NCBI GenBank assembly: GCA_964016885.1
Contig: CAXHJY010000644.1
Span: 62,001 to 126,000 of the forward strand
Source: Eledone cirrhosa
Lineage: Eukaryota
Direction of reading: 5' to 3'
Length of the DNA stretch: 64,000 nucleotides
Shown here: piece after piece, positions 46,850-60,605 of the stretch
How positions within the stretch are numbered: position 1 is the first letter of the stretch
Layout: the number at the start of each line of letters is the position of its first letter
The notes under the pieces: model-generated
What the model was told of the DNA's origin: nothing
What the model saw: only the letters and a program-made list of their open reading frames with translations
The model's database searches: none
Program-made: the position numbers and the translations under genes

Positions 46850-47460
46850 ATGGTGGCTGCCAACTCGTTTTCGAGTACGGCCACTACTTTATATCCATGT
46901 AGGAGAATCCCTACCGATGCGCTGAACGAATGTGACTTTTTAGTCCAGCCAGCGACTTGAAAACTCTGGTACAAAGACTACACTTGTGACCATTATTGAC
47001 ACATAGTGCAGGGCCCATGGTACCATGTGATGACAAGTGCAGAGAGATCTCCAGATATAAAGCAATGCCTGTGCTGTGAAGCTTTTATAGTGAGCAAAGG
47101 CACTGCACAAAGCCAGTCCCACTCTCTTAACCAAGATGATATTTACCAAAAAGAAGAACAAGTCAACATCATTGGATACCATCAGGGTTGCAGGTGTTAT
47201 ATCAGAGTTTTCCTTCTCCTAGAATTTCTGCCTTGACAAAGGCTAAGGGGTCATCTCTCCCGGTGATTTTGGATGGCTATTGAGTCTTAAGAGCTCTCTT
47301 GCCCTTTGACAGGTTTTGTTTTTAGTCCTGCAGGATGTCCAAAGTCACCCTCCTCACCAAGAAACCTTGGTGGGGTTGCCAGTTTAGTCGCCAACGACCC
47401 GACCATGAGACAGGTTGTACTGGGATACATGTTACCAGTAGCACCAACTGGTGACCTGAC
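46850..47460 (-). mobile_element. Family X copy E (full length, ~610 bp)
   Basis: Same 5' and 3' ends as copy F; RTE 5'-UTR-like block tagcctttgtcaaggc..ctaggagaaggaaaactctga and C2H2 remnant [17 protein letters not shown] near the 3' end. Confidence 0.88.
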
Positions 47461-47666
47461 ATATATACATATATATATACATACATATATACATACATAT
47501 ACATATATATATATACATATACATATATACATATACATACATATATACATACATACATACATACATGTATATACATACATACATACATACATACATATAC
47601 ATACATATATGTATATACATACATATATATATATACATACATATATATATATATATATATACATAC

Positions 47667-47729
<63 letters not shown>

Positions 47730-47840
47730 CATATATATATATATACATATATATATATACATATATATATATATACATATATATATACATATATATATAC
47801 ATATATATATATATACATATATATATACATATATATATAC

Positions 47841-47891
<51 letters not shown>

Positions 47892-47916
47892 CATATATAT
47901 ATACATATATATATAC

Positions 47917-48193
<277 letters not shown>

Positions 48194-48194
48194 C

Positions 48195-48225
<31 letters not shown>

Positions 48226-48262
48226 CATACATATATATATACATATATATATATATACATAC

Positions 48263-48293
<31 letters not shown>

Positions 48294-48324
48294 CATACAT
48301 ACATATATATATATATATACATAC

Positions 48325-48363
<39 letters not shown>

Positions 48364-48430
48364 CATACATACATATATATATATATATACATACATATAT
48401 ATATATATATACATACATATATATATATAT

Positions 48431-48503
<73 letters not shown>

Positions 48504-48560
48504 CATACATATATATATATATACATACATATATATATATATATATACATACATACATAC

Positions 48561-48645
<85 letters not shown>

Positions 48646-48674
48646 CATACATACATATATATATATATACATAC

Positions 48675-48729
<55 letters not shown>

Positions 48730-48800
48730 CATACATACATATATATATATATATACATACATACATATATATATATATATACATACATATATATATATAT

Positions 48801-48845
<45 letters not shown>

Positions 48846-49007
48846 CATATATATATATATACATACATATATATATATATATATATACATACATATATAT
48901 ATATACATACATATATATATATATATATATACATACATATATATATATATATATACATACATACATATATATATATATACATACATATATATATATATAC
49001 ATACATA

Positions 49008-49786
<779 letters not shown>

Positions 49787-52700
49787 TACAGAATATTTTC
49801 GAATATTCTATGTCTATATTCACATATATATCGCTATTTCAGAGCATTTATTCCAATTTCTAATTTCTGCCGGACCGGCAACCGCTCTTTCAAACCAGTT
49901 CCTGTACACAGCTAAGTATTCTATAAGTCTCTAGCTGTGTCATTCTCGATAAAAGCACTGGATATGTGGTCCTGACGATTTCTAATAAGAATGAAACGCG
50001 TAGATTTACTTCCCTTGCTTTTATCGAGAATCTAATTGTAATACGTGACGTATTCTATTCTATAGCGATTAGGTCTTCAAAATGTTTATTATAAACATAC
50101 AGAATATTTTCGAATATTCTATGTCTATATTCACATATATATCGCTATTTCAGAGCATTTATTCCAATTTCTAATTTCTGCCGGACCGGCAACCGCTCTT
50201 TCAAACCAGTTCCTGTACACAGCTAAGTATTCTATAAGTCTCTAGCTGTGTCATTCTCGATAAAAGCACTGGATATGTGGTCCTGACGATTTCTAATAAG
50301 AATGAAACGCGTAGATTTACTTCCCTTGCTTTTATCGAGAATCTAATTGTAATACGTGACGTATTCTATTCTATAGCGATTAGGTCTTCAAAATGTTTAT
50401 TATAAACATACAGAATATTTTCGAATATTCTATGTCTATATTCACATATATATCGCTATTTCAGAGCATTTATTCCAATTTCTAATTTCTGCCGGACCGG
50501 CAACCGCTCTTTCAAACCAGTTCCTGTACACAGCTAAGTATTCTATAAGTCTCTAGCTGTGTCATTCTCGATAAAAGCACTGGATATGTGGTCCTGACGA
50601 TTTCTAATAAGAATGAAACGCGTAGATTTACTTCCCTTGCTTTTATCGAGAATCTAATTGTAATACGTGACGTATTCTATTCTATAGCGATTAGGTCTTC
50701 AAAATGTTTATTATAAACATACAGAATATTTTCGAATATTCTATGTCTATATTCACATATATATCGCTATTTCAGAGCATTTATTCCAATTTCTAATTTC
50801 TGCCGGACCGGCAACCGCTCTTTCAAACCAGTTCCTGTACACAGCTAAGTATTCTATAAGTCTCTAGCTGTGTCATTCTCGATAAAAGCACTGGATATGT
50901 GGTCCTGACGATTTCTAATAAGAATGAAACGCGTAGATTTACTTCCCTTGCTTTTATCGAGAATCTAATTGTAATACGTGACGTATTCTATTCTATAGCG
51001 ATTAGGTCTTCAAAATGTTTATTATAAACATACAGAATATTTTCGAATATTCTATGTCTATATTCACATATATATCGCTATTTCAGAGCATTTATTCCAA
51101 TTTCTAATTTCTGCCGGACCGGCAACCGCTCTTTCAAACCAGTTCCTGTACACAGCTAAGTATTCTATAAGTCTCTAGCTGTGTCATTCTCGATAAAAGC
51201 ACTGGATATGTGGTCCTGACGATTTCTAATAAGAATGAAACGCGTAGATTTACTTCCCTTGCTTTTATCGAGAATCTAATTGTAATACGTGACGTATTCT
51301 ATTCTATAGCGATTAGGTCTTCAAAATGTTTATTATAAACATACAGAATATTTTCGAATATTCTATGTCTATATTCACATATATATCGCTATTTCAGAGC
51401 ATTTATTCCAATTTCTAATTTCTGCCGGACCGGCAACCGCTCTTTCAAACCAGTTCCTGTACACAGCTAAGTATTCTATAAGTCTCTAGCTGTGTCATTC
51501 TCGATAAAAGCACTGGATATGTGGTCCTGACGATTTCTAATAAGAATGAAACGCGTAGATTTACTTCCCTTGCTTTTATCGAGAATCTAATTGTAATACG
51601 TGACGTATTCTATTCTATAGCGATTAGGTCTTCAAAATGTTTATTATAAACATACAGAATATTTTCGAATATTCTATGTCTATATTCACATATATATCGC
51701 TATTTCAGAGCATTTATTCCAATTTCTAATTTCTGCCGGACCGGCAACCGCTCTTTCAAACCAGTTCCTGTACACAGCTAAGTATTCTATAAGTCTCTAG
51801 CTGTGTCATTCTCGATAAAAGCACTGGATATGTGGTCCTGACGATTTCTAATAAGAATGAAACGCGTAGATTTACTTCCCTTGCTTTTATCGAGAATCTA
51901 ATTGTAATACGTGACGTATTCTATTCTATAGCGATTAGGTCTTCAAAATGTTTATTATAAACATACAGAATATTTTCGAATATTCTATGTCTATATTCAC
52001 ATATATATCGCTATTTCAGAGCATTTATTCCAATTTCTAATTTCTGCCGGACCGGCAACCGCTCTTTCAAACCAGTTCCTGTACACAGCTAAGTATTCTA
52101 TAAGTCTCTAGCTGTGTCATTCTCGATAAAAGCACTGGATATGTGGTCCTGACGATTTCTAATAAGAATGAAACGCGTAGATTTACTTCCCTTGCTTTTA
52201 TCGAGAATCTAATTGTAATACGTGACGTATTCTATTCTATAGCGATTAGGTCTTCAAAATGTTTATTATAAACATACAGAATATTTTCGAATATTCTATG
52301 TCTATATTCACATATATATCGCTATTTCAGAGCATTTATTCCAATTTCTAATTTCTGCCGGACCGGCAACCGCTCTTTCAAACCAGTTCCTGTACACAGC
52401 TAAGTATTCTATAAGTCTCTAGCTGTGTCATTCTCGATAAAAGCACTGGATATGTGGTCCTGACGATTTCTAATAAGAATGAAACGCGTAGATTTACTTC
52501 CCTTGCTTTTATCGAGAATCTAATTGTAATACGTGACGTATTCTATTCTATAGCGATTAGGTCTTCAAAATGTTTATTATAAACATACAGAATATTTTCG
52601 AATATTCTATGTCTATATTCACATATATATCGCTATTTCAGAGCATTTATTCCAATTTCTAATTTCTGCCGGACCGGCAACCGCTCTTTCAAACCAGTTC

Positions 52701-53239
52701 CTGTACACAGCTAAGTATTCTATAAGTCTCTAGCTGTGTTATTCTCGATAAAAGCACTGGATATGTGGTCCTGACGATTTCTAATAAGAATGAAACGCGT
52801 AGATTTACTTCCCTTGCTTTTATCGAGAATCTAATTGTAATACGTGACGTATTCTATTCTATAGCGATTAGGTCTTCAAAATGTTTATTATAAACATACA
52901 GAATATTTTCGAATATTCTATGTCTATATTCACATATATATCGCTATTTCAGAGCATTTATTCCAATTTCTAATTTCTGCCGGACCGGCAACCGCTCTTT
53001 CAAACCAGTTCCTGTACACAGCTAAGTATTCTATAAGTCTCTAGCTGTGTCATTCTCGATAAAAGCACTGGATATGTGGTCCTGACGATTTCTAATAAGA
53101 ATGAAACGCGTAGATTTACTTCCCTTGCTTTTATCGAGAATCTAATTGTAATACGTGACGTATTCTATTCTATAGCGATTAGGTCTTCAAAATGTTTATT
53201 ATAAACATACAGAATATTTTCGAATATTCTATGTCTATA
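49787..53239 (+). repeat. 311-bp tandem array, 11 units, each with a type I hammerhead (retrozyme-like)
   Basis: agaatattttcgaatattct recurs at 49790, 50101, 50412 ... 53211; only one variant noticed (C>T at 52740). Confidence 0.95.
49942..50031 (+). ncRNA. Type I hammerhead of the first direct unit (repeats every 311 nt; predicted cuts after 50002 ... 53112)
   Basis: ggtc CTGACGA tttct-aata-agaat GAAAC gc GTA gatt, enclosed by the perfect 16-bp helix attctcgataaaagca/tgcttttatcgagaat. Confidence 0.82.
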
Positions 53240-53241
53240 TA

Positions 53242-53279
<38 letters not shown>

Positions 53280-53352
53280 CATATATATACATATATATAT
53301 ATACATATATATATACATATATATATACATATATATATACATATATATATAC

Positions 53353-53405
<53 letters not shown>

Positions 53406-53406
53406 C

Positions 53407-53451
<45 letters not shown>

Positions 53452-53616
53452 TATATACATATATATATACATATATATATACATATATATATACATATAT
53501 ATATACATATATATATACATATATATATACATATATATATACATATATATATATACATATATATATACATATATATATACATATATATATACATATATAT
53601 ATACATATATATATAC

Positions 53617-53683
<67 letters not shown>

Positions 53684-53746
53684 TATATACATATATATAT
53701 ATACATATATATATACATATATATATATATATACATATATATATAC

Positions 53747-53843
<97 letters not shown>

Positions 53844-53892
53844 TATATACATATATATATACATATATATATATATATACATATATATATAC

Positions 53893-53955
<63 letters not shown>

Positions 53956-54030
53956 CATATATATATACATATATATATATACATATATATATACATATAT
54001 ATATACATATATATATACATATATATATAC

Positions 54031-54089
<59 letters not shown>

Positions 54090-54090
54090 C

Positions 54091-54160
<70 letters not shown>

Positions 54161-54162
<2 letters not shown>

Positions 54163-54769
54163 GGTGGCTGCCAACTCGTTTTCGAGTACGGCCACTACTT
54201 TATATCCATGTAGGAGAACCCCTACTGATGCGCTGAACGAGTGTGACTTTTTAGTCCAGCCAGCGACTTGAAAGCTCTGGTACAAACACTACACTTGTGA
54301 CAATTATTGACACATAGTGCTGGGCCATGGTACCATGTGACGACAAATGCAGAGAGATCTCCAGATACAAAGCAATGCCTGTGCCGTGAAGCTTTTATAG
54401 TGAGCAAAGGCACTGCACAATGCCAGTCCCACTCTCTTAACCAAGATGATATTTACCAAAAAGAAGAACAAGTCAACATCATTGGATACCATCAGGGTTG
54501 CAGGTGTTATATCAGAGTTTTCCTTCTCCTAGAATTCCGCCTTGACAAAGGCTAAGGGGTCATCTCTCCCGGTGATTTTGGATGGCCATTGACTCTTAAG
54601 AGCTCCTTTGCCTTTTGACAGGTTTTGTTTTTAGTCCTGCAGGATGTCCAAAGTCACCCTCCTCACCAAGAAACCTTGGTGGGGTTGCCAGTTTAGTCGC
54701 CAACGACCCGACCATGGGACAGGTTGTACTGGAATACATGTTACCAGTAGCACCAACTGGTGACCTGAC
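54161..54769 (-). mobile_element. Family X copy F (full length)
   Basis: Near-identical to copy E end to end. Confidence 0.88.
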
Positions 54770-54775
54770 ATATAC

Positions 54776-54916
<141 letters not shown>

Positions 54917-55163
54917 CATACATATATATATATACATGCATACATATATATACATGCATACATATATATATATATACATACATATATATATATATATATA
55001 CATACATACATATATACACATAGATACATATATATATATACATACATACATACACATAGATACATATATATATATATACATACATACATACATACATACA
55101 TACACATACATACATATATATATATATATATACATACATACATATATACACATAGATACATAT

Positions 55164-55196
<33 letters not shown>

Positions 55197-55652
55197 TATA
55201 TATACATACATACATATATATATATATACATTCATACATATATATATTTATATATACATTCATACATATATATATATATATATATATACATACATACATA
55301 TATATATATATACATACATACATACATATATATATACATACATATATATATATACATATATATATATATACATACATATATATATATACATACATATATA
55401 TATATATACATACATGTATATATATATACATACATATATATATATACATACATATATATATATATACATACATGTATATATATATACATACATATTTATA
55501 TAAGGATTAAAATACTGGAGCGTGTTGGAGTTAAACACCCTCTTCGTATTATAGAAATGACAGTAAAAGGTATAGCTCAATGTAATTAAACAGAGCCGAA
55601 GAATTATGAAAATAAAACAAAGAAGCCTTCAATACATCAAAAGTCTTTATTA

Positions 55653-55690
55653 GCCAACAATGTTTCGTCCTATTAAGGACTCATCAGGGC
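55653..55690 (-). ncRNA. Minimal type I hammerhead (3' pLTR)
   Basis: gcc CTGATGA gtcct-taat-aggac GAAAC att GTT ggc; canonical core. Confidence 0.85.
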
Positions 55691-57417
55691 AAACAAAGCC
55701 ACAAGAAGCACTATCGGCCAATACAAGCCGAAAACTCCGAAGAATATGGAGTGTACATACACTAAAATATTGGAAGATTATGGGTAAAAATATATAATAA
55801 AAATCACTAAGGAGGTGGATAACATTTTGAACCATATTACAAATATAGTCCAAAGCAGAAAACTAGAGCTAAACAAAGGTGGTTATATAGAGCGGGAATT
55901 ATAGTACTATATGTAATACAATATAATATAATATACTTGTAACAAAATTAAAATTAAAAGGCACAATATACATATTTATATATATACGCACATGTACGCA
56001 CATATACATCAATACACATTTCCATCATTAACAGCACAAATTAAACCTTATTAAGAGTTTAAATATAAATAAGCATAATAGGAATAAAAATAAAAATAAT
56101 ACGTATATCTAATATACAGTATAACATGAAGTAATGAAATGATTAAAAGTAACACATATAATATATAATAAACTATATAATTATATTATATATAATATAA
56201 TATAATAGATAATCTCCGGTTAATTTACACAAACAATATAGATGTCACAATAACACTATAATAATAATATAATAATATATAATATATAACGGCATGTAAG
56301 TTAACAAATCAATTCATATAGAGTTACAGAGCAGTTGAGAAAAAAATATAAATTGTACAATACCCCAAATTATGATGGTACAAAAATATAAACATCTTAC
56401 ATGATATATAAAATTTAACATATCATAATGGTACATAAATTCATCGGTAAGTAATAAGGATCAATAGTTCATTTACAAAGAGTTGAATAACAAATTCAAT
56501 ATAAAATAATGAACATAATATAATATATAATTACTTATAATTACAAGGTTGGTAAACAGACACATATGTGAATGAGTGAATAAGGGCCAGACAGAAAATA
56601 CTATGCACAGTAGTATTAATAAATAAATAAATAAATAAATTCGACCGGAAATCAAAAAACAAAAACAAAAGTATTTACTTAGGTCTCACTTAGGAAACAA
56701 CCCAGATAAATGACTAGAAAACCCTATTTGATAAATTAATATTGAAAATATTTAAATTACCTAATAAGGCAATACAATATTAGCTATGGTTTAAGTAATC
56801 AAAATCCCTAGACATTAATATTTCACTATAAATATATATATAAAGGAATGAAATATTCTACTATCATTTACATAACGATATCTAAAAAACTGACTTAAGC
56901 AGAATTATGGTAGGCTAATGTGGACAGAAAAAAAGAAATGTATGGAGGATAGAAAGGAGCATAAAATCATAATCAATATACTGTATTATATAATAGAAAG
57001 GAGCATAAAATCGGGAATTAAATATAATCATAATATATTTGAAGGGGTTAGCAATAAGTTTATGTGTGCATGGGGGGGGGGGGGGGCGCGGATGGAGGGG
57101 GGGGGGTATCCAAAGAAGAATCCAAATAAAATAAAATAAAATGAAATAAAATAATATAAAATATATAATCAGATATATACTCATAAGGTGTTAATAGTGA
57201 AAATTTAATGTGTAAGAAGATAGATATGGTATAGTAGCCAAAAGATTATGAGAGCTAGAATAAAAAAGTTGTCAAAAACCAATGATAATAATGATGATAA
57301 TAATGGTGGTAAACAAAAAGAACCTAAACTAAAACTAAAAAAATAAGTAATGGAATATATCAGCTAATGGATACAATTACACTACTAGAACCTTTAGGTT
57401 TATAATAAAAGTAAGAA

Positions 57418-59600
57418 TTAGAAATAGCATAAGGTCTGCTTTGGTGGTAAGGCATTTGCAGATCTGTTCAGACTAGTAGTATGTAGAGAGGAGTATCCAT
57501 CCCTAATTTTCCTGTTGTTAGTGCTAGCTAAATGAGAACTAATATTAGGGGTGGTAGAGAATGAAAGTTTAATAACATTTTTATTAAAAATACTATGGTA
57601 TTTATGAGAAGGGGGGAAATTTTTCTCTAAGATAGAAAAGAAAGACCTAGGGATATTATTAATACTTCCTGATTATATGGCGGGTTAAAATAAGTATTTA
57701 GTCTCCTTCTATTTTTATCCTTTCCGACTCTACCATTATCCAATATCCCATTATTAAGACTAGGGTTACTACAAGGATTAGTTAAAACCGCATTATTAGA
57801 ATCAGCCGAAATTCCATTAGGTCTCTTTCTGTTTCTACATCTAGTAGATCTGCTGCTGTCTGGAATCCTATCAAAAGGATTAGGGCCAATAATAGGATCA
57901 GTAGAAACAACATTATTAGAATTAGATCCAGCAAAAGCATCACCAATGAGTGAGCGCTCAGAGGGTTCGACTTGATTCTTAGAGGTATTATATTCCCTAT
58001 TACGAGTCCGGTGGGTTAACTTATGGATGGGTTCAGATACACCTATGTAATTTTTACGATTATTTTGCTTCCTACTCCCATTCATGGCCATGTTATGGGA
58101 TATTATGTTATTATTATTATAAGTAAGCGGAGACTTTCTAAGGTTACTATTATTATAATGTATTTTACTAGAGTAACCGGAATTAGCTAGGGCATTATTA
58201 TAGTACTCCGCATGTTCATTAAATGTTCCTACGTCCTTAGAGAGTGTGGAAATCCTATTAGATACACCCTTAATTATAGAGCTTATAGATTTGGGGTGGT
58301 TAGAATTGGGACTAACATAAGAAAGTATTTCATTAGGCTTATGGAAGGGTTTAAAACTATTAGTGACCAAGTCCAAAGTCACATCTAAAAAGTTGACCGC
58401 TCTATCGTTTCTATCTATCGTGATCGAAAGGTTATAGCTTTTAAAAAACTTATAAAGCTTCTTCTTATTATGCTCGACATTGTTAGTGCTAGAGTTAATC
58501 ACAAACAATGCATCATCACGATATAGTCCGCCTTTAAGGTGCAGAAAGGTAACATATAGTTCATTTAGGAGGAACAACCCAACAAGATCAGTTACCTGGG
58601 CCGAATCACTTGAACCCATTGTAACGTCGAAATTGTTGGGTGTGTTTTTACGGGTCCAAAGTGTGTCCTCAAAATTAATGATAGTTCTACGGGCTGCTAG
58701 TATAATATCTACCTGTGATCGTGTAAGGCTGGACACTCTCATGGCCAACATTAAGGCTTTATTGAGGAGGATGGGTGAAATCGATGTGTAGTAGGCATCA
58801 ATATCGAACTGGATAAACTTATTAGATTCAAGTTTATTAATCCCAGAGAACCAATCTATAACTTCCTTAGTGTTCCCCCATAGGTTAAAATTAACTTTAT
58901 CCCTAACATCTGGTATAATAAGGTCAAGGATTTTTTTACTGACTATGGCTATATCGGACTTAGAAGGACAGATGAGTCTAACAGAGGGGTTACTAATGAA
59001 GTCTACCTTATGATCCTTAAGAGTGAATCTTGGTTCTCTAGGGTAATATGGCTGGGTATACTTATCAAGGCCGAGGTCCGAGACTATTTTAAGACCCTCA
59101 CTATTGATATGGTTCAAATTATCTAGCGTAGTCTTTTTATAATTTCTATGCAGCTCCTTATAAATAAAGTCACGGTAAGCACTGTAATCCATAGAGTATA
59201 GATTCTTAGTCTTATCCGCCGGGACAAGAATAGACTTATTCGCACTAAAACCCTTAACAATATTTTTAAGTCTAGACTGGAACTTATCAAATTTATTATA
59301 ATTTCTATGTCTATTATTTGGCCTATACCTAATATTTTTGACAAGAGAGAGTAAGTCACTTTCAAAATTATCTAATAGAACATTATGTGGTGGGCTCTTA
59401 TAAGTTTTGAAGCCATAGTTATTAAAATGAGTTCTATTCCTGGGGTCCTTCCTATTCCTATTAATATCATAGTGGAAAGCACGCCATCTAATCCTTTTTA
59501 CGAAGGAGTTAACACTAGCAATCAATAGTTTTTCGTAAGTATTCTTAGAGGGGGTGGGAATATTCTTCAGAGATAAAGGCAGGTAACTCTTTGTTAGCAT
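57418..59600 (-). pseudogene. PLE RT, frameshift near 57660, GIY-YIG domain missing
   Basis: ORF 57627..59600 (SLKNIP, QFDIDAYYTSI, GLYRDD); the shifted frame continues IPRSFFSILEKNFPPSHKYHSIFNKNVIKLSFSTTPN..KQTLCYF* with no CxC or GIY-YIG. Confidence 0.85.
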
Positions 59601-59821
59601 ACTGTCAGATATATATAAAGGCCAAAATACCAGTATATAGGAGGAAGCTCAACCAATCGGGAGCAGTGACAAGGATTAAAATACTGGAGCGTGTTGGAGT
59701 TAAACACCCTCTTCGTATTATAGAAATGACAGTAAAAGGTATAGCTCAATGTAATTAAACAGAGCCGAAGAATTATGAAAATAAAACAAAGAAGCCTTCA
59801 ATACATCAAAAGTCTTTATTA

Positions 59822-59859
59822 GCCAACAATGTTTCGTCCTATTAAGGACTCATCAGGGC
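59822..59859 (-). ncRNA. Minimal type I hammerhead (5' pLTR)
   Basis: Identical core to 55653..55690. Confidence 0.85.
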
Positions 59860-60435
59860 AAACACAACCACAAGAAGCACTATCGGCCAATACAAGCCGA
59901 AAACTCCGAAGAATATGGAGTGTACATACACTAAAGTATTGGAAGATTATGGGTAAAAATATATAATAAAAATCACTAAGGAGGTGGATAACATTTTGAA
60001 CCATATTACAAATATAGTCCAAAGCAGAAAACTAGAGCTAAACAAAGGTGGTTATATAGAGCGGAAATTATAGTACTATATGTAATACAATATAATATAA
60101 TATAATATACTTGTAACTATATTAAAATTAAAATTAAAAGGCACCATATACATATGTATATATATACGCACACGTCATAAATACCATAGTATTTTTAATA
60201 AAAATGTTATTAAACTTTCATTCTCTACCACCCCTAATATTAGTTCTCATTTAGCTAGCACTAACAATAGGAAAATTAGGGATGGATACTCCTCTCTACA
60301 TACTACTAGTCTGAACAGATCTGCAAATGCCTTACCACCAGAGCAGACCTTATCTAATAGTAATCCTACGTGTAATGCATATTCTTCGGAGTTTTCGGCT
60401 TGTATTGGCCCATATTGCTTCTTGTGGTTTTGATT

Positions 60436-60473
60436 GCCCTGATGAGTCCTTAATAGGACGAAACATTGTTGGC
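60436..60473 (+). ncRNA. Minimal type I hammerhead (inverted appendage)
   Basis: gccctgatgagtccttaataggacgaaacattgttggc. Confidence 0.85.
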
Positions 60474-60605
60474 TAATAAAGACTTTTGATGTATTGAAGG
60501 CTTCTTTGTTTTATTTCCATAATACATATATATATATATATACATACATATATATATACATACATACATATATATATATATACATACATATATATATATA
60601 CATAT

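Larger units (their letters stand above)
55502..60523 (-). mobile_element. Second Penelope-like element, EN-deleted, with ~500-bp pLTRs and an inverted 5' appendage
   Basis: Direct repeats ~55502..55992 / 59671..60172; RT ORF homologous to 29871..32324; inverted segment 60175..60523. Confidence 0.87.

Noticed and set aside
49787-53239. CRISPR-like array
   Set aside because: Whole units are identical with no variable spacers, and the context is eukaryotic.
54680-54769. HDV-like ribozyme at the 5' end of family X (..gtcgttggcgaCTAAactgg)
   Set aside because: P4, J4/2 and P2-like parts are present, but I could not place P1, P3 and P1.1 in the required order; needs a descriptor search.
55574-55592. 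Spliced-leader-like gtttaattacattgag
   Set aside because: Short partial resemblance to nematode SL1; better explained by the bulged hairpin.
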